From Vulcanimicrobiota bacterium (GTDB taxonomy: Bacteria; Vulcanimicrobiota; Vulcanimicrobiia; Vulcanimicrobiales; Vulcanimicrobiaceae): 64,000 bases of DNA. Location of the stretch: the NCBI GenBank assembly GCA_963833095.1, contig CAWHWQ010000001.1, forward strand, positions 512,001 to 576,000, in the 5' to 3' direction. Of this stretch, positions 8,388 to 17,971 are shown piece by piece (within the stretch, counting starts at the first letter, position 1; each line of letters opens with the position of its first letter). The position numbers and the translations under genes are program-made. The notes under the pieces are model-generated. The model was not told where the DNA came from. It saw only the letters and a list, made by a program, of their open reading frames with translations, and did no database searches.

Positions 8388-11300
8388 TTAATTTCCAATC
8401 AAAGTGTAAAGAATTGTCACTTGGTGGCCCGAAATATCGGCGCCGTTCATGAATCTCAAAGTTCTGCAGCACATCGTAGTCGGGGTTATTGGCCCCGTAA
8501 TTGCCGCAAGCAAGCGTCGTGCTCGACGCGGTCGGACTAAAGTACGTGCGACGCCGGTGCCGTAAGTAAGGCCGCTAGTGGAGTTTGTTTCGTCCACTGA
8601 GGTCAGCAGCTCCGTCGTCGCATTGGCCGAAGCCGAGACTTGTAGCTGCCACGTATTGGCGACGGTGCCGGCCCCCGCCGGGCACGTGGCTGTTAACTGT
8701 CGATCCTTCGTACACGACAGTCGCACGAACGACGTCGGTGCCTGTAATCGTCGTGTTGGCGCCGAACTCACCGAAGTTCACGGTCTCGCCCGAGAACGTG
8801 CATTGCGCGGGATTGCAGACCACGTTGGGATGCGAGTTACCCGGCCCCGGATTTGACGGGTCGACGCTGATCGCAAGGCCCAACGAGAACGCCACCGACA
8901 CCTCATCCGAACCCGTCCAGGCCAAGCCGGCCGTGACGCCATCGATCGTCGAAGGGAACAAATAACTGTCGCTTTGCGTGTTCGGCGTATTGGCGACGAA
9001 CTCAACGGCGATGTTCGAGTCTGTAGCGAGGCCGGTGCAACCGCTCACCTGGATTTGGCCCGGGGTGCTCCCAGGCGTCGGGTTGAACGTTTGCGCGACA
9101 TTGATCGCGCATCCGGCCGGGAGACCTGTCGTCACAAAAACGCCGGCGTTGATCCTTCCGAGCACGACGTATTGCGTGACCGGACTTCCCACGAGGGACC
9201 AATCGGTTCCGCTCGTCGCTAGCCCGTTGATATCGAAGGCGGGTAGCGAGATGTTGACGGTCGCGATGTTCTGACCGCTCGAACTCGTATTGGTCACTTC
9301 GAAGATAAAACAATTCGGTGACTTCGAAACCGACGCTACCGTGTTGGTGAGGACCGTTAGAGCCGTCGAACAACTCGCGTCGGTGGCTCCTTGCTTAACC
9401 GAGTAGAACTTCGCGCTCGCCGTCTTGGATGACGAGGTCACGGTCACCGTCTTGGGCGCTGACCAGCCTCCGCCGTTCGCGCCATGCGCGTACAGGTAGA
9501 ACGTCTGCGTTCCGGTTGTTGTATTGGCGAGATTGAAATTGATCGTGAGCATGCCGCCGGCTGCGACAGCATCCTGCTCTTGAGCAGCCGTACAGGCGGT
9601 TCCGGCCGTCGTCTGATAACCCGTCGGATAGGTAGGAGCGGTCGGCGGCTGCGGCGGCTCGTCGGTGGTGCGGCTGGTGTACATGAAATTGCAAACGCCG
9701 AAGTAGTACAGCATCGTATTTCCAGCCGGATTGTACGTATTCTCTCCGGTCGTGGTCCACGACGCAGAACCGGTACCGGTGAATGACCGGCGCCGTCAGC
9801 GCCCAGCCGCTGCTCGTCGTTTGCTCGATGACGATCGCATCCACGGGGTCGGGATTCGGATCCGCAGCGAACGTCGTGTTCCCGAACGTGAGCGAATAGC
9901 TCGTGGTCGTTGCCCCCGGCGAAACGGTCGACGGGTTGAACTGCGCGGCCATCAGGTTGCTGTTGAGCGAGAATGCTTGAATCGAAAGGCTGTCGACACC
10001 GCCCGTGGTGGCCGCGCCTCCAATAACGGGTATTTCGGATGTGCCGTCGGCGGTCAGCGTCGTAAAGGTGTACTCGCTGGTCGACCAGCCCTGCACTTGG
10101 AGTTCCTGTGAGATGAATGCTGCTTGCGACGCGGGGACGTCAAGCCAAACTTGCCCCTGCCCGCCGGGATTGATTGCCACCGTCGTATTGCTGCCATTTA
10201 CCGCATTGTACGCGCTGCCGCCCGGGTTCAAACAAATCGCATTGGTTGGCAGGGTGGTTTGGCACGCGTTGCCGCCGGTCGTCGCGAGCACGTAGTACTT
10301 TCCACCGCCGTACGACGGCTCGCTCGGATCGATCGTGATCGCGGAGCAGTCGATGTTGGTCGGGAACGTGATCACGATCTCGCCGAGGCCATAACTGCTG
10401 GCCGCGGAGCAGCCTTGCGAGGGCGCCTTGTTTCCGCTGCACGACGCCAGATTGACGGCGAGGATATCTTCGCGGCCCGCTGCCAGCGCAAACGGCGTGC
10501 TGTTTTGGTAGTCGGCTTGCGCAAATGGGCTGTAGTAAAAATGCGTGTCCGGGAACGGCGACGGCGGGCTCGTGGCTTCCGTAACGGTCAATCGCGACGT
10601 ATTGCCCGGGAATGTGCCCGCGCCGATGTAATGCGCGTTGACGGTACCCGAAAGCGATGCGCCCGAACTTCCATACGTGACCGGCGACCACGCCGGGGAG
10701 GCTGCATTCGTGCTCGACCATGACAGGCCATCGGCGGGAAGGATGGACGTCGTGGTCGCGCAGGGCACGAGGTAACACGGCCACGCTCCGGTTCCGCCCT
10801 CGCCGTAGAACGTCATACCCGAGACGGTGATCGATTTGCCCGGAAGCAGCGTCACCTGGTTGGACGGTGAAAACTTGAGCACGCAATAGTCTCGCGGACC
10901 GGCGGTCGCGGGATTGGCGATGTCACACCAGTCGGTAAGCGTCCAACTATTTCCGCTGGTATCCACAACGGTCTCCGAACATCCGCCCGCGCTGTTGTAC
11001 GCGCCGGTACAGGCGCCCAGTGTGATACCCACGCCGCCGATGGTCGTCCCGTTCGGAAGTTGCGCCGGCGGAGTAAAGGTCCCGTTGAGCGTCGAGCCCG
11101 GTCCCGTCGTGTATTCGATACCGCGAATCGGGTCCGGTGCGTTGGGATAGTTGAAGTTGGCGGTGTTGGTGAAGACCATACTCGCGGCAACGTTGTAATC
11201 GCCGCCGGCGCAGCAGCCGAACGTCATCGTGTTGCTGTTGACGCCGCCGATAACGAACTGCGTCTGTATGCTATAGCCCATCAGTTGGAACGCCTGCGAG

Positions 11301-12794
11301 GCTTCGACCGTCTGCGTCGACGGATTGTAGAGCTGCATCGTCCAGATATTGTTTGGATATGTGCCCGGCGAGTTCAGGATCGGGTTCGCACTCGAAAACG
11401 CGAAGGTTCCGGTCGCCGTGCAGGTCGGAGAATTATTATTCACCAGCGTGCACGTTCCCGGGATCGTATTGGTCGTTTGAACGTAAACGACTTGACCGTC
11501 AGGATCCGTCGAGGTCATACGATACGTGCCGCCGACTTGATTGGGAACCGTTCGCAACGATGCCGCCCGTCGACTGATCGATCGCGCTGTCCCACGCAAA
11601 TAGTATTGCCGACGGCGTTGCCGGCGCGGCGGGCGACGGAGCCGGTGCCGGCGACCCGAAAGAGCAGGAATCCGTACTGCTGGAAGCCGGTCAGCGAAAC
11701 CTGAACCTGGCCGACCGTTTGACCCGCCGTCTTGTCGTACACGACCACCGAGTACGTTCCAGCCTGTAAGCCGTTGTTCAGCGCCCACGTCAGCGAGAGC
11801 TGGCCGCTCGGCGCTTGGATGCCCGGCGAGTTCGCGGGATTACAAATCAGTGCGTTACGGCGCCCCGCTGGGCATTGGACTCGGTGACCCCGGCGCGGGC
11901 GTCGAATTCGGCGTCACGTAGACGCAGTACGAATTTACCGATGTCGACATCACGTACACAACGTAGGTGTCGTTGGTCGAGACGTCCGGAAGATAGATGT
12001 ACGCCGCCGAGCTCGTGTTGACGTTGAACTGATATGACGCTTGACGTATGATACGGGTCCTGGTAGACGCCGATCGAGAACGACTGCCCGGCATTCACGT
12101 AGACGATCGAGACGATGACTTTTGCCGTCACGTCGTAGACAAAGAACGCATAGGTTCCCTGCGCGCTAAGCACGGTTACGTGCGCGGTCGGCGCGTTGTA
12201 CGCATAGCCGTTCGTGCCGACTAAGGTCGCGGTCGTCGAGTTCGGCAGCACCTGGTAGTCAGCGTAGGTGTCGGTCGTGCTCCAGTCGCCGTTGTTGGTC
12301 GCTTCCCACGTGAGCGAACAGCCTATCGCGTAGAGCGCGCCCTGGGTGCCGCAGTTGTTCCCGGCAGTGAGGTCGACGGTGGCACCGGTTGCGGCCAGCG
12401 GATGATAACGACCACCCTTTGCCGTTGCCTTCGGGGTTGCCGTATTCGCCGCACTCCGCAAGGGGAGGACCGGCAAGCATGAAAGGGGCACCTTCTCGCC
12501 CGACTTGATAGCCTGGAGGTTGATCCCAGGACAGTGGCCGGGCACGGCACGTCTTGCGCCATTCGCCGGAATCGGCAGCGCGGTAGCAAGCGGTCTTGAT
12601 GAAATCCCCGGGTGCGGATTGACTGGGAGACGCGGCGGAGCGACGTCGCCGCCGGCAAATGCAGCCGTTGCAATCACCAGTGACGCGAGAGCCGAAAACG
12701 CTGCGGCCGCCCAACCGCGCATACGTGGGCGCAAGTTCACGCGAGAGAGCTTTTCACGTAGCGTTGACCTTGTCGCCATGCGCGAGGGTGCCAT
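8388..12794 (-). CDS. Very large secreted Cys/Thr/Gly-rich adhesin with C-terminal pilin-like domain (several frameshifts)
   Basis: Consecutive minus-strand fragments (11847..12794, 11855..12094, 11515..11748, 9395..11788, 8575..9714, 8388..8771) read as one beta-rich protein. Signal MRGWAAAAFSALASLVIATAAFA; ends TVNFG...GHQVTILYTLIGN. Confidence 0.6.
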
Positions 12795-12818
12795 CCGTTG
12801 CTAGAGTGGGGAGCAAGT

Positions 12819-15800
12819 TTACAACAGTTCTATCGGTATCGGGCCTCGGGGAGTTAATAACAGTCCGTGTAGGGGAAGTAAAGTTAGCTGTTTTTGGAAC
12901 GTAAAGACGCGCCCGCTAACGGGCTTCCCAAGCACGGTTTGCGTCCCGTCCTCCCACGTGATTTTGTCCCCCGGGTGGACGTCGACGAGGAAGCGCGCTC
13001 GGACCGTAACGGTCTGGCCGACCAGCGTTGTTGTGCGACAAAAACTGCACGATGACCAGCGGCAACTTCGGATCCACGGTAAGGATTGTGTTCGGTGAAA
13101 TCGTCGTCCCGTGGACGCTGCCGTCGATCGGAGATGGACCCGCGGCTTGCGTGATATGGGGACCTCGATCTCGCCCAGCCACTTTTCGGCTTCTTTGTCA
13201 TACGCAAGCGTGACGCGCTTTCCAAAGCAGTAGCAAAAATGTCCTGCGCGTCTGCCGGCGCAGCTAATCGAACAGTGGTCGTCCCACGGGGGGGCAGCCG
13301 CGTCTCGCTCAGATGGATCGTCGGCTCGGCGGCGGCGGTGCGGCTCCCCCACCGGAAAGCAGCGAGAAGACCACCTTCTTTTCGAACGCGCCGACAAGGA
13401 ACTGAATCCGCTGTAATGTTCGCCCGGAGCCAAGTGCACGGTTACCTGTCTGGCGAGGCGCCGAGGCTCGGCAGGAATCGTTTCAGGATCGACCGAGACC
13501 GTATAATCTCCCGCCGGAAGTTATCGATGATGAAGCTGCCGTCGTCTTCGTCAATGGCGGCGTAGCTCGCCCGGCTCGCCAACCACGTAGGCATTGATGC
13601 ACACCGACTCCGGCCTGTTTGCCCATATCCTTCGCATCACAATCGTGCCCGCAATCGAACCGAGCAGTTGCGCGCGAAAATCGAAAGTAGCGTATCGGCC
13701 ATCGCTCACGGAAATTTTTTGCACGAGGTCGGACGGCGCAAAGTCGGCGCTCGCCGGAATGGATTGCGGAATGACCGTGACCACATGTTGCCCCGCACTC
13801 AGACCGCCGAACCCGAAGGCTCCGCTGTTATCGGTTTGCGCATAGGTTCCGCCGTCGACCCGAAGTTGCACGTTCGAGAGCGGCATCGGGTTGCCGAGGA
13901 ATCGGTCCCGTACACGTGGCCAAGAATACCGCCATAGGTGCCGATGTAAAACGACGCCGTTGCCGCCTGTCCACCTTGAACCGTGATGGTCTGCACCGGA
14001 TTGCTTGCGGTGAACCCGCGTGGGATCGACGAATTGTCGATCGTGAACTTGGTGTTGGCCGGGCGGAACGAAGGAGAACTCGAAACTGCCGGTCACATCG
14101 GTGCGCTGGACGTATCTGTTGTCGAGCGTCACCAACACGTTGCCGACGCCGCCGCCGGAGTTCCCAAACGTTGCGAAGTTTGAATTCGCGCCTGATCCTG
14201 TGGCATTCGATCCCGCGATCAGTACCTTACCCGAGATCGTTGCCGGAAGGCGCGGATCGATTCGTCCACTCATGCTGGTATTTCCGTACGTGAACGGCGC
14301 GCTAAGCGCAATGGAGAAGACCCGAGTATGGCCGTTAGCCGCGGGATTGAGCCGGTCGCGTAGCGTTTGAAGCCGAATGGATGTCGTTACTGAAATCACC
14401 GGCGAGATCCGTTGCGTCAAGTTGATCAGCGGGAGTTCGTTGGAGCGCGTCGCTCGTATCCGAGATCGTTCGCGTGATCGTTTCGCCAATTTGTACGGTC
14501 GTTTTTTTCCATTGCTGTGCAACATCGAATGCAAAGCCTTTTTGCAGTCCCATGCCGGCGTTAGCGCGCCGAACGGGGTCGCCGTTGCATCCGGCGAGGG
14601 CGGTGCGGCAATTGCGTCGACTTTTGAATTTGCCCGCTGAGGCCGACGCTGAAGTGGCGTGCCGAACGGACGCCGTAGGCTCGCCAAGACCGATTGGGTT
14701 TCGTTGGTTGCACCGTCGTCCAGGGTGCGCTGAAACTGGCCGCCGATGAGCGCACTCGTGTGAAGAAATTGCGTTGCCAGTGATACGACGCCGGTGTTCG
14801 ACCAGAGCATATTCGCCACCACTGTTTGCGTCTTGGCGCGTAAAGGTGAACGAGAGTCCACCGAATTTCGGCGTGGGCGAATAGCTGATCGTTTCAACCC
14901 GTTGTTCCGTCACGCCGAAGATCGCGTCGCCGGTCTTCTCGTAGTTCGCGTCGACAAAGACGGGTAAGCTCGAAGAGTGACAGTTCACGTCGGCATAGCT
15001 TATCGCTATAGATTTCGCCCGCGGTAAAAGTCACGAACTGATCGGGAACGCTGCGTACGCTCGCCGCGCACTCGCCGTTCTTCCCGAGATCGTCTAAGCG
15101 CAATTGCACGGCGATCCCGTGCGGCGAGCCATCGCCGCCCGACCGTGACTGCCATGCACCTTCTGCGATGAGGCTAAGATTATGCGGGCGGTCGCGCCGC
15201 CGAATTCGAGCATCTTCAACTTTCCGGTCGCGGGCCCCGCGGCGTAGCGTGAATCCGCCCTCGTAGAGGGTATGCCGCGGGCCTGCTGCACGAGCACGCC
15301 TTCGAGCCGTCGGTTTCCTCGTTCGGCCCCAGCCCGGTCCCTCGTAAAACGTTGCTTGCCCATAGCGCTGCGGAACCACTAATGAAATTCCGCGCAACGT
15401 TGAGCCCAACTGGAGTTGCCCGAGCGCAAGCAATTGCTGGATGCCGTATCCCAGCGAATACTTCGGGGTGGAGTAGAGGAACTGCGGCACTCCGAGCCGT
15501 CGAAGCGCCGTTGGCCGAAAATCCGAAGGGAAACTTCAAGTCTGTGCTCGTGGTCGCGGTGCGGCGGGAGACGTCCGCGGTGAAGCCGGCGCCGATCTCG
15601 GCTGAATTCTGTGCGGTGGTCGATGCTTGCTGAAACGGAAAAGGCCCGGGCGAGGGCGTGCCGCTGGGGCCGGGCGTCGGCGTGAAAAACCCGGTCTGCC
15701 CAAAGGTGCTCGTGGTGGACGACTCGCCGAGCGAGAGACTGCCCGAGACATTGAACAAGAGTGGACCGCCGCTATTCGAGGGCAACGAGCGCGGGCTTGG

Positions 15801-15976
15801 GAGTCGGGGTCGGGACTGGGAGCCGGCGCTCAACCGCGCCGGCCCAGCCTGACCGCCGCCTCAACGGCCCGCGCCAGGGGTGCCAAAATATCGGCATCCG
15901 CCCGGCTGCCGCCCGCGGCGGCGCCGGCTGCGGCAAGCATCAGCACACAACCGAGTATCTGAAGAAGGCGGCCCAT
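12819..15976 (-). CDS. Usher-like outer-membrane protein with C-terminal Cna-B/SdrD-B (carboxypeptidase-regulatory-like) repeats (frameshifted)
   Basis: Signal MGRLLQILGCVLMLAAA; amphipathic beta-strands with an LGSTLRGISL motif; repeats ISGKV..GVGNVLVTLD..TDVTGSFEF..VPPGQH and ILGHV..LSNVQLRVDG..TDNSGAFGF.GLSAGQH. Confidence 0.5.
12830..12856 (-). promoter_or_regulatory. Sigma-28-type promoter for the adhesin (inside the usher 3' end)
   Basis: TAAC-N15-ACCGATAG, same geometry as the pilin promoter. Confidence 0.55.
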
Positions 15977-16039
15977 GGTTCTCCTTGGGTTTCGGAAAAC
16001 CGGGACCCGGCTCTTAATCAACCTTATGGCCCTTGGCCC

Positions 16040-16066
16040 AAACTTTTCGGGCCCCCGTGCCGATAG
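16040..16066 (+). promoter_or_regulatory. Sigma-28-type promoter upstream of flagellin leader/sRNA
   Basis: AAAC-N15-GCCGATAG. Confidence 0.6.
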
Positions 16067-16070
16067 AAGT

Positions 16071-16220
16071 ACTACAGGGAAGTTTCAGGGAGGAAACGAC
16101 TCCGTTCATGGATGTGCTGGGGGGCAGCGATTTCGTTCTTCGGAACGGCTCGCGAGCTCGAATATTACACGGACTGTTGATGCGCGCGAAAGACGAAGTC
16201 TCTCGTGCAGTTTTCGTTTG
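16071..16220 (+). ncRNA. Candidate CsrA/RsmA-binding small RNA or structured flagellin 5' leader
   Basis: Six GGA motifs, including ACT-ACAGGGA-AGT and GTTTC-AGGGAG-GAAAC hairpins and CATGGATG; CGTTC-TTCG-GAACG tetraloop; hairpin followed by GTTTTCGTTT. Confidence 0.4.
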
Positions 16221-16379
16221 TGTACCCAGCACCGGTTCTCAATCCGCTTCCGTCACGGCCGTCTGCACGTTGCACCGCATCGAGCGTATACAGCACATCC
16301 GCTCGATCGGTTTCGCACGTCCGCGCGGCCGTTGCCGATTTGCGGTTCATGGCGCACTCCATAGGATGGGAGCGCGCGG

Positions 16380-17753
16380 ATGAACGTACAGATCGGAGCG
16401 GATGACGTCCTGCTGAACCTCGACCGCAATCAGCTCGCGTTCGAGAAAACGGTTCAGCAACTCTCATCGGGGCTGCGCATCAACAGCGCAGCCGATGATC
16501 CCAGCGGCAACGCGATCGCGACCAATCTCACGAGTAAAGTCGGCGGCCTCCAGCAATCCGTCAACAACGTGCAGAACGGTATCAACGCGCTCAACGTTGC
16601 CAACGGAGCGCTCGAAACCGTTCAAAACATTCTCGTGCGCGTCAATAACCTGCTCGTCGAAGCGAACAGCGACATTAACTCAACGTCAGACCTCCAGAAT
16701 ATTCAAGCCGAGATCGGTCAGCTGTTGACCGAAATCAACACGATCGGCGAAAAGACCAACTTCAACGGGTTGAATCTACTCAACGGAAAATTCGATATAT
16801 CGCGAGGAACAAATCCGTCGATCACTCAGGTAGCATCACCGACCGGCGGATCGCCTACAGTCGTCAACGCCTACGGGATCACTAACGGTCCGGGTACTCC
16901 CGGTCCACTCATTACCAGCGCGATGATCCCGTCAGTCGGCGGCTTCAACATTCCCGCGTTAGTCGTCTTTACGGTGCTTAGCCAAGGTAATAACGTCGTC
17001 GATCCAGATACCGGTACCGTTCCATTTCCCGGCGCCGGTGTCTTGATACAAACCGACGTGTACAGTACTGCCGGTGCGTCCTTCGGCAGCGCACCGCTTT
17101 ATCAAGACGTTTCGGCGTATCCAGCTGCCGCAGGCAACAACCCGTTTGGCACGCTCGCGCTCTTTGCTCCGCAAGGCGCGACCAACATCCTGAACTACAC
17201 CTTTGGAAACATCACCCAGCAAGATGTTGGCGCGTCACAAGCATTCCTCATAACGTCCGGAACCGGAGCCGCGACGGGCACGGCCCTCACGATCAACGAC
17301 GGGGGCGACGAGGGCCAAACGGTCGGCTTCAGCCTGCCTACCGTTAACACCAACGCACTCGGCATCTCGCAAATCTCATGCGAATTGCCGCAGGTGATAA
17401 CCATCGTGCCCGGGTCAGGCGGTACGCAAGTCGTTTCGACTGCTGCGAGCAATAGCGTGGTCGCGTCGAATTCGCAACTCCTTGTTAAGAACGCGCTCAC
17501 GCAAATTACAACCAACGAAGCGCAAATCGGTGCGCAGATCGTGGCGATGGGTGACGACAGCGCCAACGACAGCACCACGATCGTCAACTTGCAATCGTCG
17601 GCCAGCAACATCACCGATCTCAACGTCGGGCAAGCGACCACCGACTACACGCGCGAGCAAATCTTGACCAGCGTGGGCACCGAGGTGCTCTCGCAGATCC
17701 AGAGCAACGGCAAGATCATGACCGCCCTGCTCATCCAAGCGCTGATCGCGTAG
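16380..17753 (+). CDS. fliC: Flagellin (atypical, stand-alone)
   Basis: N-terminal LSSGLRINSAADD..G..IA and TNFNGLNLLNG; C-terminal IGAQ..NLQSSASNITD..YTREQIL; Gly/Thr-rich variable core. Confidence 0.85.
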   Translation: MNVQIGADDVLLNLDRNQLAFEKTVQQLSSGLRINSAADDPSGNAIATNLTSKVGGLQQSVNNVQNGINALNVANGALETVQNILVRVNNLLVEANSDINSTSDLQNIQAEIGQLLTEINTIGEKTNFNGLNLLNGKFDISRGTNPSITQVASPTGGSPTVVNAYGITNGPGTPGPLITSAMIPSVGGFNIPALVVFTVLSQGNNVVDPDTGTVPFPGAGVLIQTDVYSTAGASFGSAPLYQDVSAYPAAAGNNPFGTLALFAPQGATNILNYTFGNITQQDVGASQAFLITSGTGAATGTALTINDGGDEGQTVGFSLPTVNTNALGISQISCELPQVITIVPGSGGTQVVSTAASNSVVASNSQLLVKNALTQITTNEAQIGAQIVAMGDDSANDSTTIVNLQSSASNITDLNVGQATTDYTREQILTSVGTEVLSQIQSNGKIMTALLIQALIA

Positions 17754-17805
17754 CGCGGGTCGCCCGGCAGGGTTGACCCCACAACCTATACTTAAGGATG
17801 AGGAT

Positions 17806-17966
17806 ACCTCGCTAGGTGAGGCGTCCACGTGATACACATGCCGCTGCCCCGAAACGTCGAGAGACGCCAAGTGAGGTAGAACAGACTGCGCCGACCTAAG
17901 GCGGTGTCTAACGCGGCTGGCGAGAGCCTAAGATCCGTGGTGCCAAAGCTCTGTCGCGATTGAGGT
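17806..17966 (+). promoter_or_regulatory. M-box (ykoK) Mg2+ riboswitch
   Basis: CGCTAGGTGAGGC..GCTGCCCCGAAACGTCGAGAGACGCCAA..GACCTAAGG..GCGGCTGG..GTGCCAAAGCTC..GATTGAGGT matches the M-box layout and sits directly upstream of Mg2+ transport genes. Confidence 0.92.
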
Positions 17967-17971
17967 GGGTT

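Noticed and set aside
15988..16016. Sigma-28 promoter for the usher (TAAG-N16-TCCGAAAC, minus strand)
   Set aside because: Weak match at both boxes and too close to the SD/ATG to leave a leader; not supported.
16168..16208. Hammerhead-ribozyme-like string CTGTTGA..GAAAGAC-GAA-GTCTC
   Set aside because: The core reads CUGUUGA rather than CUGANGA, there is no proper stem II with a G-C closing pair, and stem I needs a bulge.
17773..17792. TTGACC...TATACT sigma-70 promoter before the M-box
   Set aside because: The hexamers are only 8 nt apart; only the -10 is plausible.
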